A DNA stretch of 64,000 bases from assembly GCA_900754445.1 (NCBI GenBank), contig CAAECW010000107.1:14643-78642 (forward strand), written 5' to 3'. Positions 19,023-26,926 of this stretch are shown here, piece after piece. Numbering within the stretch: position 1 is the stretch's first letter; each line of letters starts with the position of its first letter. Source of the DNA: an uncultured Collinsella sp. (GTDB lineage Bacteria > Actinomycetota > Coriobacteriia > Coriobacteriales > Coriobacteriaceae). The notes below the pieces were generated by a model that was not told the DNA's origin, made no database searches, and saw only the letters and a list, made by a program, of their open reading frames with translations. The position numbers were made by a program, and so were the translations under genes.

Positions 19023-19058
19023 AAAACCTACCAAAATAAACCTGTCCCTTTTTGGCAG
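19023..19058 (+). repeat. Solo copy of the ~35-bp repeat AAAACCTACCAAAATAAACCTGTCCCTTTTTGGC (other copies at 45783-45818 and 47567-47602)
   Basis: About 31/35 identity to the other two copies. It lies in the 3' region of the ABC operon next to a GC-rich terminator hairpin at 18969-19012. Confidence 0.6.
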
Positions 19059-19061
19059 GTT

Positions 19062-19865
19062 TTAGCTTAGCAGCATGCGGTCGTTGGCGAGCTCGCCGCC
19101 CGAGACCTCCTCGAACTTCTGCAGCAGGTCGGCCACGGTGAGCGACTTCTTCTCGTCGCCGGCCACGTCGTAGATCACATGGCCCTCGTGCATCATGATC
19201 AGACGGTTGCCCAGACGGATGGCGTCGTTCATGTTGTGCGTGACCATGAGCGTGGTCAGGTGGTTCTCGTCGACGATCTCCTCGGTCAGGTTGAGCACCT
19301 TAGAGGCCGTCTTGGGGTCGAGGGCCGCAGTGTGCTCGTCGAGCAGCAGCAGGCGCGGCCTGGTGAGCGTGGCCATCAGCAGGGTGAGTGCCTGGCGCTG
19401 GCCACCCGAGAGCAGGCCGACCTTGGCGTTGAGACGCGTGTCCAGACCAAGGTCCAGGCGCTTGAGCAGCTCAACGTACTCATCTTTCTCGGCCTTGGTG
19501 ACGCCCCACGAAAGGCCGCGACGCTGGCCGCGACGCTTGGCGAGGGCCAGGTTCTCGGCAATCTGCATGTCGGCTGCGGTGCCGCGCATGGGGTCCTGGA
19601 ACACGCGGCCCAGGTACTTGGCGCGCTGCGACTCGCTCAGGCGCGAGATGTCGGTGCCGTCGAGCTCAATAACGCCCGAATCGAGCGGGTACACGCCGGC
19701 GATCATGTTGAGCAGCGTGGACTTGCCGGCGCCGTTGCCGCCGATCACGGTTACAAAGTCGCCGTCATTCAGGGTGAGGTCGACGCCGGTGAGCGCGCGC
19801 TTCTCGGTGACGCTGCCCTTGTTAAAGGTCTTCTTGACGTGCGAGAGCTTAAGCATCTGCCTCAT
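19062..19865 (-). CDS. ABC transporter ATP-binding protein (COG1101-type, uncharacterised ABC importer family)
   Basis: Walker A GGNGAGKST, signature LSGGQRQ and Walker B LLLDEHTAALD. I chose the start at MRQMLKL, overlapping the permease 3' end. Confidence 0.85.
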   Translation of the reverse strand: MRQMLKLSHVKKTFNKGSVTEKRALTGVDLTLNDGDFVTVIGGNGAGKSTLLNMIAGVYPLDSGVIELDGTDISRLSESQRAKYLGRVFQDPMRGTAADMQIAENLALAKRRGQRRGLSWGVTKAEKDEYVELLKRLDLGLDTRLNAKVGLLSGGQRQALTLLMATLTRPRLLLLDEHTAALDPKTASKVLNLTEEIVDENHLTTLMVTHNMNDAIRLGNRLIMMHEGHVIYDVAGDEKKSLTVADLLQKFEEVSGGELANDRMLLS

Positions 19866-20772
19866 CCCCCTTCGTGTAGGAGCTGCGGAGCTTATAGCGC
19901 TCCCAAACCACGGGTACGCACAGGGCCACAGCGACAATTACGGCGGAAAGCAGCTTCATGTCGTTGGCGTCCATGCCCAACTGCAGCACGATGGCGCGGA
20001 TAAGGAAGTACACCACGGAGCCAAAGACGGCGGAGGCAAGACGGACGCTAAACTGCGTGAGGCCGCCGGGCAGCAGACGGCCGAGCACCTCACCGATAAC
20101 AATGGCGGCAAGACCGATAACGATGGCACCGGTGCCCATACCAATGTCGGCATACTTTTGGCTCTGGCAGATGAGCGCGCCCGAAAGGCCGATGAGGGCG
20201 TTGGAGAGCACGAGGGCGATCATCTTGGTGGAGTTGGTGTTGACGCCCAGGGCGCGGATCATGTACTCGTTGTTGCCGGTGGCGCGCAGCGCCGAGCCAA
20301 TCTCGGTGCCAAAGAACCAATACAGGATGGCAACGATAGCCACGGCGAGCAGGATGCCCAAGATGATGGCAACGGTGGACTGCGGCAGGCCGGTCATATT
20401 GCTGACGGCCGAAAACACGGTGCCCTTGGCAAGAATGGGCGTATTGGACTTGCCCATGATGCGCAGGTTGATGGACCACAGGCTGATCTGGGTGAGGATT
20501 CCGGCGAGGATCGCGGGAATCTCGAAGACGGTGGTCAAAATGCCCGTGACGGCACCCGCGATGGCGCCGGCGCACATACCGGCCAGCACGGCGAGCAGCG
20601 GGTCGACGTTGTTATTGACGATGAGCACAGCGCAGACGCAGCCGCCGAGGGCAAAGCTGCCGTCGCAGGTCATATCGGGAATGTCGAGCAGGCGGAACGT
20701 GATAAACACGCCAAGCACCATAATGCCCCAGAGGACGCCCTGCGAAACGGCGCCCTGCAATGCAATGAGCAT
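19849..20772 (-). CDS. ABC transporter permease (COG4120-type)
   Basis: 307-aa polytopic membrane protein adjacent to the ATPase and the binding protein. Confidence 0.8.
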   Translation of the reverse strand: MLIALQGAVSQGVLWGIMVLGVFITFRLLDIPDMTCDGSFALGGCVCAVLIVNNNVDPLLAVLAGMCAGAIAGAVTGILTTVFEIPAILAGILTQISLWSINLRIMGKSNTPILAKGTVFSAVSNMTGLPQSTVAIILGILLAVAIVAILYWFFGTEIGSALRATGNNEYMIRALGVNTNSTKMIALVLSNALIGLSGALICQSQKYADIGMGTGAIVIGLAAIVIGEVLGRLLPGGLTQFSVRLASAVFGSVVYFLIRAIVLQLGMDANDMKLLSAVIVAVALCVPVVWERYKLRSSYTKGDEADA

Positions 20773-20874
20773 GCTTCATACCTCCTAGGATAGGGTGGAC
20801 ACGTGAGTCACCATGATAGCGGTAACAATGCATAAAAGAGCTGCGGCCGGATGTTTTGACTCATCCGAAACAAG

Positions 20875-20908
20875 CAGGGCGAACGCCGGTCTTTGGCGTT
20901 CGCCCCTG
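20875..20908 (-). terminator. Intra-operon hairpin (attenuator or partial terminator) after the substrate-binding protein gene
   Basis: GGGCGAACGCC-ggtctt-TGGCGTTCGCCC lies in the 205-nt gap between the binding-protein and permease genes. Confidence 0.4.
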
Positions 20909-20976
20909 TGGCTCAGATATTGAATAACACGTCAACGGCGCGAGTGCGTGCCCTAGACGCGCTACCGTGCATGGCG

Positions 20977-21957
20977 CTACTCGTCCAGAGCGGAAAGGTC
21001 GATGCCCAGAGCCTCGGCCATCTCGTCGTTCTTGACGACGACCAGGTCCTTGCTCGAGAGGTGTTTGATCGGCATGTCTTCGGGCTTGGCCTCGCCTTTC
21101 AGGATCTTAACGGCCATCTCGCCCGCGGCGTAGCCCAGGTCCTCATAGCTGATGGAGAGGGTAAACAGGCCGCCGGCCTTGCACATGCCCTCCTCGCCGG
21201 TCACAAAGGGAAGCTTGTTCTCCTTGCAGATCTGACCGACCAGCGAGGCGCCCGCGGCGATGGTGTTGTCGGTGGGGGAGTACAGCGCGTCGACCTTGCC
21301 CACGGCAGACTCGACGACGGACTGAATCTCGTTGGAGCTCGAGACGGTGAAATCGGTGTACTCCAGGCCCAGCTTGTCGAGTTCCTTCTTGGCGGCCTTG
21401 ATCTGGACGTCGGAGTTGGACTCGGCGGTGCAGTAGAGCAGGCCGACCTTCTTTACGTCGGGTAGGACCTTCTGCATCATCTCGAGCTGCTCGGCGACCG
21501 GGGTGAGGTCGGAGGCGCCGGTGACGTTGGTGCCGGGCTTGTCGTTGTCCTGGACCAGGCCGGAGGTGGCGTAGTCGGTGATGGCGCAACCCACGATGGG
21601 GATATCGGCCGTAGCGCCGGCGGCAGCCTGCGCGGCAGGCGTGGCGATGGCATAAATCAGGTTGACGTTGTCGCCCACAAACTTGTCGGCGATGGACTTA
21701 CACGTGGACTGGTCGTTCTGGGCGTTCTTCTTTTCGATCTTGACCTTAAGGCCGCTCTTCTTGATGGCCTTGGCAAAGCCGTTGTAGGCGGCATCGAGTG
21801 CAGAGTGCTCGGTGAGCTGCAGAACGCCGACGGTGTAGTCGGAACCAGCGGCAGCAGAGCCGGAACCAGAGTTGCCGCCGCATCCGGCGAGCGGAGCGAG
21901 CGCGAGCAGGCCGGCGGAGACCAGAAGGCTCCTGCGGCTGATGGTGATGTCCTTCAT
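20977..21957 (-). CDS. ABC transporter substrate-binding lipoprotein (COG2984-type; streptococcal homologues of this family import aromatic amino acids)
   Basis: Lipoprotein signal (RRSLLVSAGLLALAPLAGCGG). I chose the start at MKDITI (21957), which has a GGGGG RBS. Confidence 0.75.
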   Translation of the reverse strand: MKDITISRRSLLVSAGLLALAPLAGCGGNSGSGSAAAGSDYTVGVLQLTEHSALDAAYNGFAKAIKKSGLKVKIEKKNAQNDQSTCKSIADKFVGDNVNLIYAIATPAAQAAAGATADIPIVGCAITDYATSGLVQDNDKPGTNVTGASDLTPVAEQLEMMQKVLPDVKKVGLLYCTAESNSDVQIKAAKKELDKLGLEYTDFTVSSSNEIQSVVESAVGKVDALYSPTDNTIAAGASLVGQICKENKLPFVTGEEGMCKAGGLFTLSISYEDLGYAAGEMAVKILKGEAKPEDMPIKHLSSKDLVVVKNDEMAEALGIDLSALDE

Positions 21958-22019
21958 ATCGTTACCCCCAGTATAGAAATGGCTGGAAACACTGCACTTG
22001 GACAAAGTGCAAGTGGAAC

Positions 22020-22047
22020 TATAGTAGCGCGGATGTCCATTTTTACA
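22020..22047 (-). promoter_or_regulatory. Promoter of the ABC importer operon (minus strand: TTGTAA, 16-nt spacer, TACTAT). A downstream operator-like inverted repeat TGCACTTG...CAAGTGCA lies at 21993-22016
   Basis: The -35 and -10 hexamers are read on the reverse strand. The palindromic element sits between the -10 and the RBS. Confidence 0.45.
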
Positions 22048-22117
22048 ATAACCTGGCGGGTTTTTTAATACAGAACCGGATGGGCGGTACGGGTAGTCGA
22101 ATGGACGGCGGAGGTTC

Positions 22118-22912
22118 TTATGCGACAGAGGCGTCGTCTTCCTCGTCGAGGGCGGCGAAGAGCTTCTTGCCGTCGAGCAGGCGCGTGCTGACGTTTCTCA
22201 TACGGGCGATCTCGACGGTGCGCAGCGTATCGTCGGTGCCTCGGGCGTCGTAGACCGTTCCCAGCAGATACGAGATGCCATCGCGCTGCCTGATGGCAAA
22301 GGGACGGAGTGTCATCCGTGCTGCTTCGGTTTCGCCGCGTGTCGTGACACTCGAAATATCAAAACTCACCGTGGTTCCGTGGTCGATGGCCTGCTCGACG
22401 AGCTCGCACGTGTCGATGCGCTTGATGGGCGTGCGTGTTGCCTTGGTAGCCTTGCTGCCTGCGCTTGGAGCGGGTTCGGGTGTATCGAGGTAGCCGCGAA
22501 CGTCGGCGCTCGCCATGGCAACTAAGTGCTGCGCCATGCTCTTGCGGATAGCGATAGGCGTGGAGCGGTTGCGCATGACCATACCGTGGAGCCGGATGAT
22601 CTCTTCATCGGTGAGCGGGCGGGTAAGAAGTTTGTAGCCCACGCCGCGTTTGTACTCAATTTCGTATCCGGCATGGCGAAGCGCGGAGATGGCGGTGTAG
22701 ATGCTGCGCCGCGCCGCCGAGATGGGCATGCGGGCGGGGTCGTCGGGATGGGCGAGGCGCCGGATCAGCTCATCGGAAAGCATGGCCTTGTCTTCGCCGG
22801 TGTTTTCGCTCAAGAGCTGCAGGATACGAACGGCGCGATAGGCTGCCATCGAGGCGGCGCCCCTCGTCGTGGTGTCGTAGGTTTCAACAGCGGCTTCGGT
22901 CATGGTGCCCAC
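22118..22912 (-). CDS. WYL-domain transcriptional regulator (HTH plus WYL)
   Basis: N-terminal HTH (AYRAVRILQLLSENTG...RRSIYTAISALRHAGYEIEY) and C-terminal WYL-like region (ISYLLGTVYDARG...RTVEIARMRNV). Confidence 0.65.
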   Translation of the reverse strand: MGTMTEAAVETYDTTTRGAASMAAYRAVRILQLLSENTGEDKAMLSDELIRRLAHPDDPARMPISAARRSIYTAISALRHAGYEIEYKRGVGYKLLTRPLTDEEIIRLHGMVMRNRSTPIAIRKSMAQHLVAMASADVRGYLDTPEPAPSAGSKATKATRTPIKRIDTCELVEQAIDHGTTVSFDISSVTTRGETEAARMTLRPFAIRQRDGISYLLGTVYDARGTDDTLRTVEIARMRNVSTRLLDGKKLFAALDEEDDASVA

Positions 22913-23079
22913 GTCCTTTCCGTTTTGGGTGGCGACGGTATGGAGCCTAGGACGCGGGGCTTTTCCAGGGGCGCAGGGCGCTCTGGGCGGTCGGTAGTCG
23001 TCGGCAAACGGCGGGTCGAGTTTTCAACAGCCCTGCTCAACTGACCAAAAACTTGCCAAAAGCTTGACGGATGCTGTTG

Positions 23080-23116
23080 AAAAAAAGCGTCTCTCGACCG
23101 ATGTCGAGAGACGCTT
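23080..23116 (-). terminator. Rho-independent terminator of asnS
   Basis: AAGCGTCTCTCGAC-cgat-GTCGAGAGACGCTT forms a 14-bp stem with a T7 run on the minus strand. Confidence 0.8.
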
Positions 23117-23162
23117 ATGCGATGAGCGTTGGCGTGTGGCGACGCGAGCTAGCGTCCGACGA

Positions 23163-24578
23163 TTAGAAGTCGGCGTTGCCCACGGTGCGCGGGTGCGGCA
23201 GGACGTCGCGGATGTTGCCCACGCCGGTCAGATACATGACCAAGCGCTCGAAGCCCAGACCGTAGCCGGCGTGCTTGCAGGAACCGTAGCGGCGCAGGTC
23301 AAGGTAGTACTTGTACTGCTCGGGATTCATGCCCAGATCCTTGATGCGGGCCTCGAGCAGATCCAGGCGCTCCTCGCGCTGGGAGCCGCCGATAATCTCG
23401 CCGATACCGGGAACCAGGCAGTCGGCGGCGGCGACGGTCTTGCCGTCCTCGTTCATGCGCATGTAGAACGCCTTGATCTCGGCCGGGTAGTCGGTCACGA
23501 AGGTCGGGCGCTTAAAGTGCTCCTCGGTCAGGAAGCGCTCGTGCTCGGTCTGCAGGTCGATGCCCCAGCTGACGGGGTAATCAAACTTGTGACCGGCGGC
23601 GACTGCCTGCTCCAGGATCTCGACGGCCTCGGTGTAGGTAACGCGGGCAAAGTCGGAGTTGGCGACATGGTCCAGGCGCTCGAGCAGACCCTTGTCCACA
23701 AACTTGTTGAGCATATTGAGCTCGTCGGGGCAGGTTGCCATGACGTCCTTAAGGACATACTTGAGCATGGCCTCGGCGTTATCCATGTAGTCGTTAAGGT
23801 CGGCAAAGGCCATCTCGGGCTCGATCATCCAAAACTCGGCGGCGTGGCGCGTGGTGTTGGAGTTCTCGGCACGGAAGGTGGGGCCAAAGGTGTACACGTC
23901 GCCAAAGGCCATGGCAAAGTTCTCGGCATTGAGCTGGCCGGACACGGTGAGGCTTGCATGCTTGCCAAAGAAGTCCTGGCTCCAGTCGACCTCGCCGGAC
24001 TCGGTGAGGGGCGGATTTTTGGGGTCGAGCGTGGTCACGCGGAACATCTCGCCGGCGCCTTCGCAGTCGCTCGTGGTGATGATGGGGGTGTTGACGTAGA
24101 CAAAACCCTGCTCCTGGAAGAAGCGGTGGATGGCGGCAGCCGCGACAGAGCGGATGCGGAACACGGCGCGGAACAGGTTGGTGCGCGGGCGCAGGTGCTG
24201 CTGGGTGCGCAGGAACTCGACGGTTGCGCGCTTCTTCTGCAGCGGGTAATCCGGGGCGCTGACGCCCTCGACCTCGATGGAGGTGGCAGAAAGCTCGAAA
24301 GGCTGGGGTGCATCGGGGGTCAGTTTGACGGTGCCGGTGCAAATGAGTGCGGCCGAGACGTTTTGATGTGCGATCTCGTCGTAGTTGTCGAGTGCCTCGC
24401 GGTTCATGACGACCTGCAGGTCGCGGAAGCAGCTGCCGTCGTTGAGCGTAACAAAGCCAAAGTTCTTCATGTCGCGGACGGACTTGACCCAGCCGGCGAC
24501 GGTGACGGTCTGGCCGCCGAGCGACTCGGCATCGGCATAGAGCTGCGCGATTTTGGTGCGGTTCACGTATCCTCCCAT
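23163..24578 (-). CDS. asnS: Asparagine--tRNA ligase
   Basis: Class II aaRS motifs (FRAE...[16 protein letters not shown]) and an N-terminal OB fold. The start is uncertain among 24632, 24602 and 24578. The region upstream is AT-rich. Confidence 0.88.
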   Translation of the reverse strand: MGGYVNRTKIAQLYADAESLGGQTVTVAGWVKSVRDMKNFGFVTLNDGSCFRDLQVVMNREALDNYDEIAHQNVSAALICTGTVKLTPDAPQPFELSATSIEVEGVSAPDYPLQKKRATVEFLRTQQHLRPRTNLFRAVFRIRSVAAAAIHRFFQEQGFVYVNTPIITTSDCEGAGEMFRVTTLDPKNPPLTESGEVDWSQDFFGKHASLTVSGQLNAENFAMAFGDVYTFGPTFRAENSNTTRHAAEFWMIEPEMAFADLNDYMDNAEAMLKYVLKDVMATCPDELNMLNKFVDKGLLERLDHVANSDFARVTYTEAVEILEQAVAAGHKFDYPVSWGIDLQTEHERFLTEEHFKRPTFVTDYPAEIKAFYMRMNEDGKTVAAADCLVPGIGEIIGGSQREERLDLLEARIKDLGMNPEQYKYYLDLRRYGSCKHAGYGLGFERLVMYLTGVGNIRDVLPHPRTVGNADF

Positions 24579-24663
24579 AACGGTTGAATGATAGTTATCC
24601 ATACAGTTCGATATTCTAGCAGCTCGGCTCATTTGGGCTATACAGATAAGGCATTGGCGGGAT

Positions 24664-24710
24664 GGTTTTTCAAACGAAAAGCGCCCGCGGCCAAATGGTC
24701 GCGGGCGCTT
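24664..24710 (-). terminator. Rho-independent terminator of crr
   Basis: AAGCGCCCGCG-accatttggc-CGCGGGCGCTT followed by TTTTCGTTTG on the minus strand. Confidence 0.75.
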
Positions 24711-24747
24711 GACGAGGTGCCTTTTGGCTGTATGGCGCGGGGCCTGG

Positions 24748-25311
24748 CTACTTGGTCTTGGCTACCAGCAGCGGGTCGCCCAGCTTGACGAGCGGGTTGC
24801 CGCCGATAAGCGTTCCAGATTCGCCGACATGGTCGATGCTCTTAAGACGATCGAGCTCGGAGACGATGACGGTCACGATGTCCTCGTGACCAGCGGCCTT
24901 AATGGCCTCGCGGTCGAAGCTGATGAGCGGCTGGCCTGCCTTGACCACATCGCCCATCTCGACAAAGCGGGCAAAACCCTTGCCGTTCATTTCCACGGTG
25001 CCCAGGCCAACATGGATGAACACGCGCAGGCCGTCCTCGGTAATCATGCCGATGGAGTGGTTGGTGACAGTGGTGGCACCGATGCGGCCGTTGGCGGGCG
25101 CATAGACGGTGCCGGTAATGGGCTCGATGCCATAGCCCTGGCCAAGCATGCCCGAGGCGATCGTCTCGTCGGGAACCTCGTCCAGGTTGACGAGCACGCC
25201 GTTGATGGGGGCATAGATGACGCCTTCGCGGGTAGCGAAGCTTGCTGCGGGCGGAACGGACGCCTCGCCGGTCGAGGTGAAGGTGGACTTAAGCGAATCG
25301 AGCAGACCCAT
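24748..25311 (-). CDS. crr: PTS glucose-family EIIA component (EIIA-Glc)
   Basis: EIIA-Glc fold with active-site histidines ([26 protein letters not shown]). I chose the start at MGLLDSL, which has a GGAGG RBS. Confidence 0.85.
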   Translation of the reverse strand: MGLLDSLKSTFTSTGEASVPPAASFATREGVIYAPINGVLVNLDEVPDETIASGMLGQGYGIEPITGTVYAPANGRIGATTVTNHSIGMITEDGLRVFIHVGLGTVEMNGKGFARFVEMGDVVKAGQPLISFDREAIKAAGHEDIVTVIVSELDRLKSIDHVGESGTLIGGNPLVKLGDPLLVAKTK

Positions 25312-25554
25312 AGTTGCCTCCAACTTAAATAGGCGCATATCGCGCGTTTGGTTTGCCGGAAACGTTTCACATGTGTTTCGCGGCTTGGTCAACGCCTCTA
25401 TTCTACGCTGCTCAACGATACCTCTGAACTGGGATTATGTGATATATCAGTTGAAGGGAAACTTATTGCCGGAGTGTTTCTGCGCCACGGGTTCAAGTGG
25501 GGTACGCTTGAAGGCAAAAAACAAGGGCGCTTAATTTGCGCGAAGGGAGCACAT

Positions 25555-26454
25555 ATGATTGTCGAGAACCATGCGCTGTGGGGCGAGGAGCCGACCGAGG
25601 AATATCCGGCGACCTTTACGTATCTGGGTGCCGAGCCGCTGCCCGATAAACCGAATGGCCGCCGCCCTGCCGTGATTATCTGCGGCGGAGGTGCGTTTAC
25701 GCATATCGCTCCGCATGAGCAGGATCCCGTGGCGTTTGCGTTTTTGGATCACGGCTACCAGGCCTTTGTGCTCAACTATGTCACGAGTTCTACGGGTGAC
25801 GTGGGCTTTCCGCACCCCCAGGCAGATCTTGCCAAGATGGTCGCCACGGTGCGCGCCAACGCCGACGAGTGGCATGTCGATCCTAAGCGCGTGTGCGTCG
25901 TGGGATTCTCGGCGGGCGGTATGATCTGCGCCTCGCTGGCAACACAGTGGAAGACCGGCCCCTTCGCGGCACTTGCCGGGGCGCGTCCGGACGACATTCG
26001 TCCCGATGCCGTGGTGCTGGGCTATCCATTGCTCGACTTTGCCTATGTGCGTGACATGCAGACGCGCGATCCGCGCATTGACTTGCGTGTGCCCAAGACG
26101 GGCGGCAAGACGGGGCGCGATTTGCTCAACGACTACCTGTCGATGGTGACGGGCGGCGAGGCAACTGACGAGCATCTGGCCGACATCTGCCCCACCACGC
26201 ATGTTTCGCGTCAGATGCCACCGACCTTTGTGTGGGGCGTGTCCGACGACAAGACGGCGCCGATCGCGCAGGTCTACCCGTTTGCGCAGCGCATGGCCGA
26301 GGAGGGCGTTGCATGCGAGATGCACGTCTTCGACCAGGGTGGTCACGGCCTTTCGCTCGGCAACGCCAACACCGCGGTCGACAACGAGGACAAGCAGGTG
26401 GCGGTCCGCCCTTGGATTCGCCTAGCCTTCCGCTTCCTGGAGCGCCATCTGTAA
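25555..26454 (+). CDS. Alpha/beta-hydrolase (esterase/lipase family)
   Basis: The GFSAGG nucleophile elbow and the HGGGF-like oxyanion region (ICGGGAF) are present. The start MIVENHALWG has an AAGGGAG RBS. Confidence 0.75.
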   Translation: MIVENHALWGEEPTEEYPATFTYLGAEPLPDKPNGRRPAVIICGGGAFTHIAPHEQDPVAFAFLDHGYQAFVLNYVTSSTGDVGFPHPQADLAKMVATVRANADEWHVDPKRVCVVGFSAGGMICASLATQWKTGPFAALAGARPDDIRPDAVVLGYPLLDFAYVRDMQTRDPRIDLRVPKTGGKTGRDLLNDYLSMVTGGEATDEHLADICPTTHVSRQMPPTFVWGVSDDKTAPIAQVYPFAQRMAEEGVACEMHVFDQGGHGLSLGNANTAVDNEDKQVAVRPWIRLAFRFLERHL

Positions 26455-26486
26455 GAGGACGGGCATCCCAGCCCTTCAATAACTTG

Positions 26487-26550
26487 CGGTGAAATAGTTC
26501 CTATCTGGGGCATCAACCAGTCCATCCAGGAACTATTCCACCGCAACTTC
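26487..26550 (+). terminator. Rho-independent terminator after the esterase gene. Its stem base GTTGCGGTGAAATA is shared with the terminator at 30622-30690
   Basis: AACTTGCGGTGAAATAGTTCC-N27-GGAACTATTCCACCGCAACTT followed by CGTTTTT. Confidence 0.7.
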
Positions 26551-26566
26551 GTTTTTGATGCCCCGC

Positions 26567-26770
26567 CCGGAAACTGCATCCCAGTCCCCCCTTCAAGGTG
26601 GGACACGGTTTCCCATAGGGCCTCGACTGGGAAAGTGCGTCCCGTTTCGAGTGGGGATTCCGGGATGCATTTTCCGTAAGAGGCCTGTTTGGGAAACCAT
26701 ATCCCGTTTCGAGCCAGAATTCTGGGATGTAGTTTCCCCGAGAGGCCTCATCGGGAAACTATGGCCCTGA
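26567..26770 (+). repeat. About 3.3 tandem copies of a ~61-bp direct repeat (units 26567-26627, 26628-26690, 26691-26750, partial 26751-26770) upstream of feoAB
   Basis: The unit consensus is GGGAAAC.ATCCCGTTTCGAG...GGGAT...TTTCCCC.GAGAGGCCT. Each unit has nested inverted repeats, and unit 3 contains the perfect palindrome CCAGAATTCTGG. Confidence 0.7.
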
Positions 26771-26806
26771 ACTCTCCTGCCTGTCCCCATTGCGCCAATC
26801 TGCTGA

Positions 26807-26836
26807 TTGAACGTCATTGTGTGTTCACGCTATCAT
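26807..26836 (+). promoter_or_regulatory. Candidate feoAB promoter (TTGAAC, 18-nt spacer, TATCAT)
   Basis: Hexamers with good spacing about 90 nt upstream of the FeoA start. Confidence 0.4.
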
Positions 26837-26850
26837 GTAAGCTTAAAATT

Positions 26851-26879
26851 GGTTAGCCATGGCAAACGGTTAGCCATGG
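26851..26879 (+). promoter_or_regulatory. Two direct copies of GGTTAGCCATGG (17-bp period) in the feoAB leader. The GGTTAGCC part matches a DtxR/IdeR half-site
   Basis: GGTTAGCC equals the GGTWAGSC half of the DtxR consensus TWAGGTWAGSCTWACCTWA. I read it as a candidate metalloregulator operator between the -10 and the RBS. Confidence 0.35.
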
Positions 26880-26926
26880 TGAACATAAATGCAACGCCCT
26901 GTGGGCGCCGGGGGAGGAACACGGAC

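Noticed and set aside
19195-20793. 532-aa plus-strand ORF over the ABC ATPase and permease
   Set aside because: Antisense of two well-supported ABC genes. The translation is Ser/Arg/Ala-rich.
26807-26926. ORF-track 5' extension of feoAB starting at ATG 26807 (MNVIVCSRYH...)
   Set aside because: The extension would cover the predicted promoter and operator boxes and has no RBS. GTG 26927 has a GGAGGA RBS and begins the FeoA domain.
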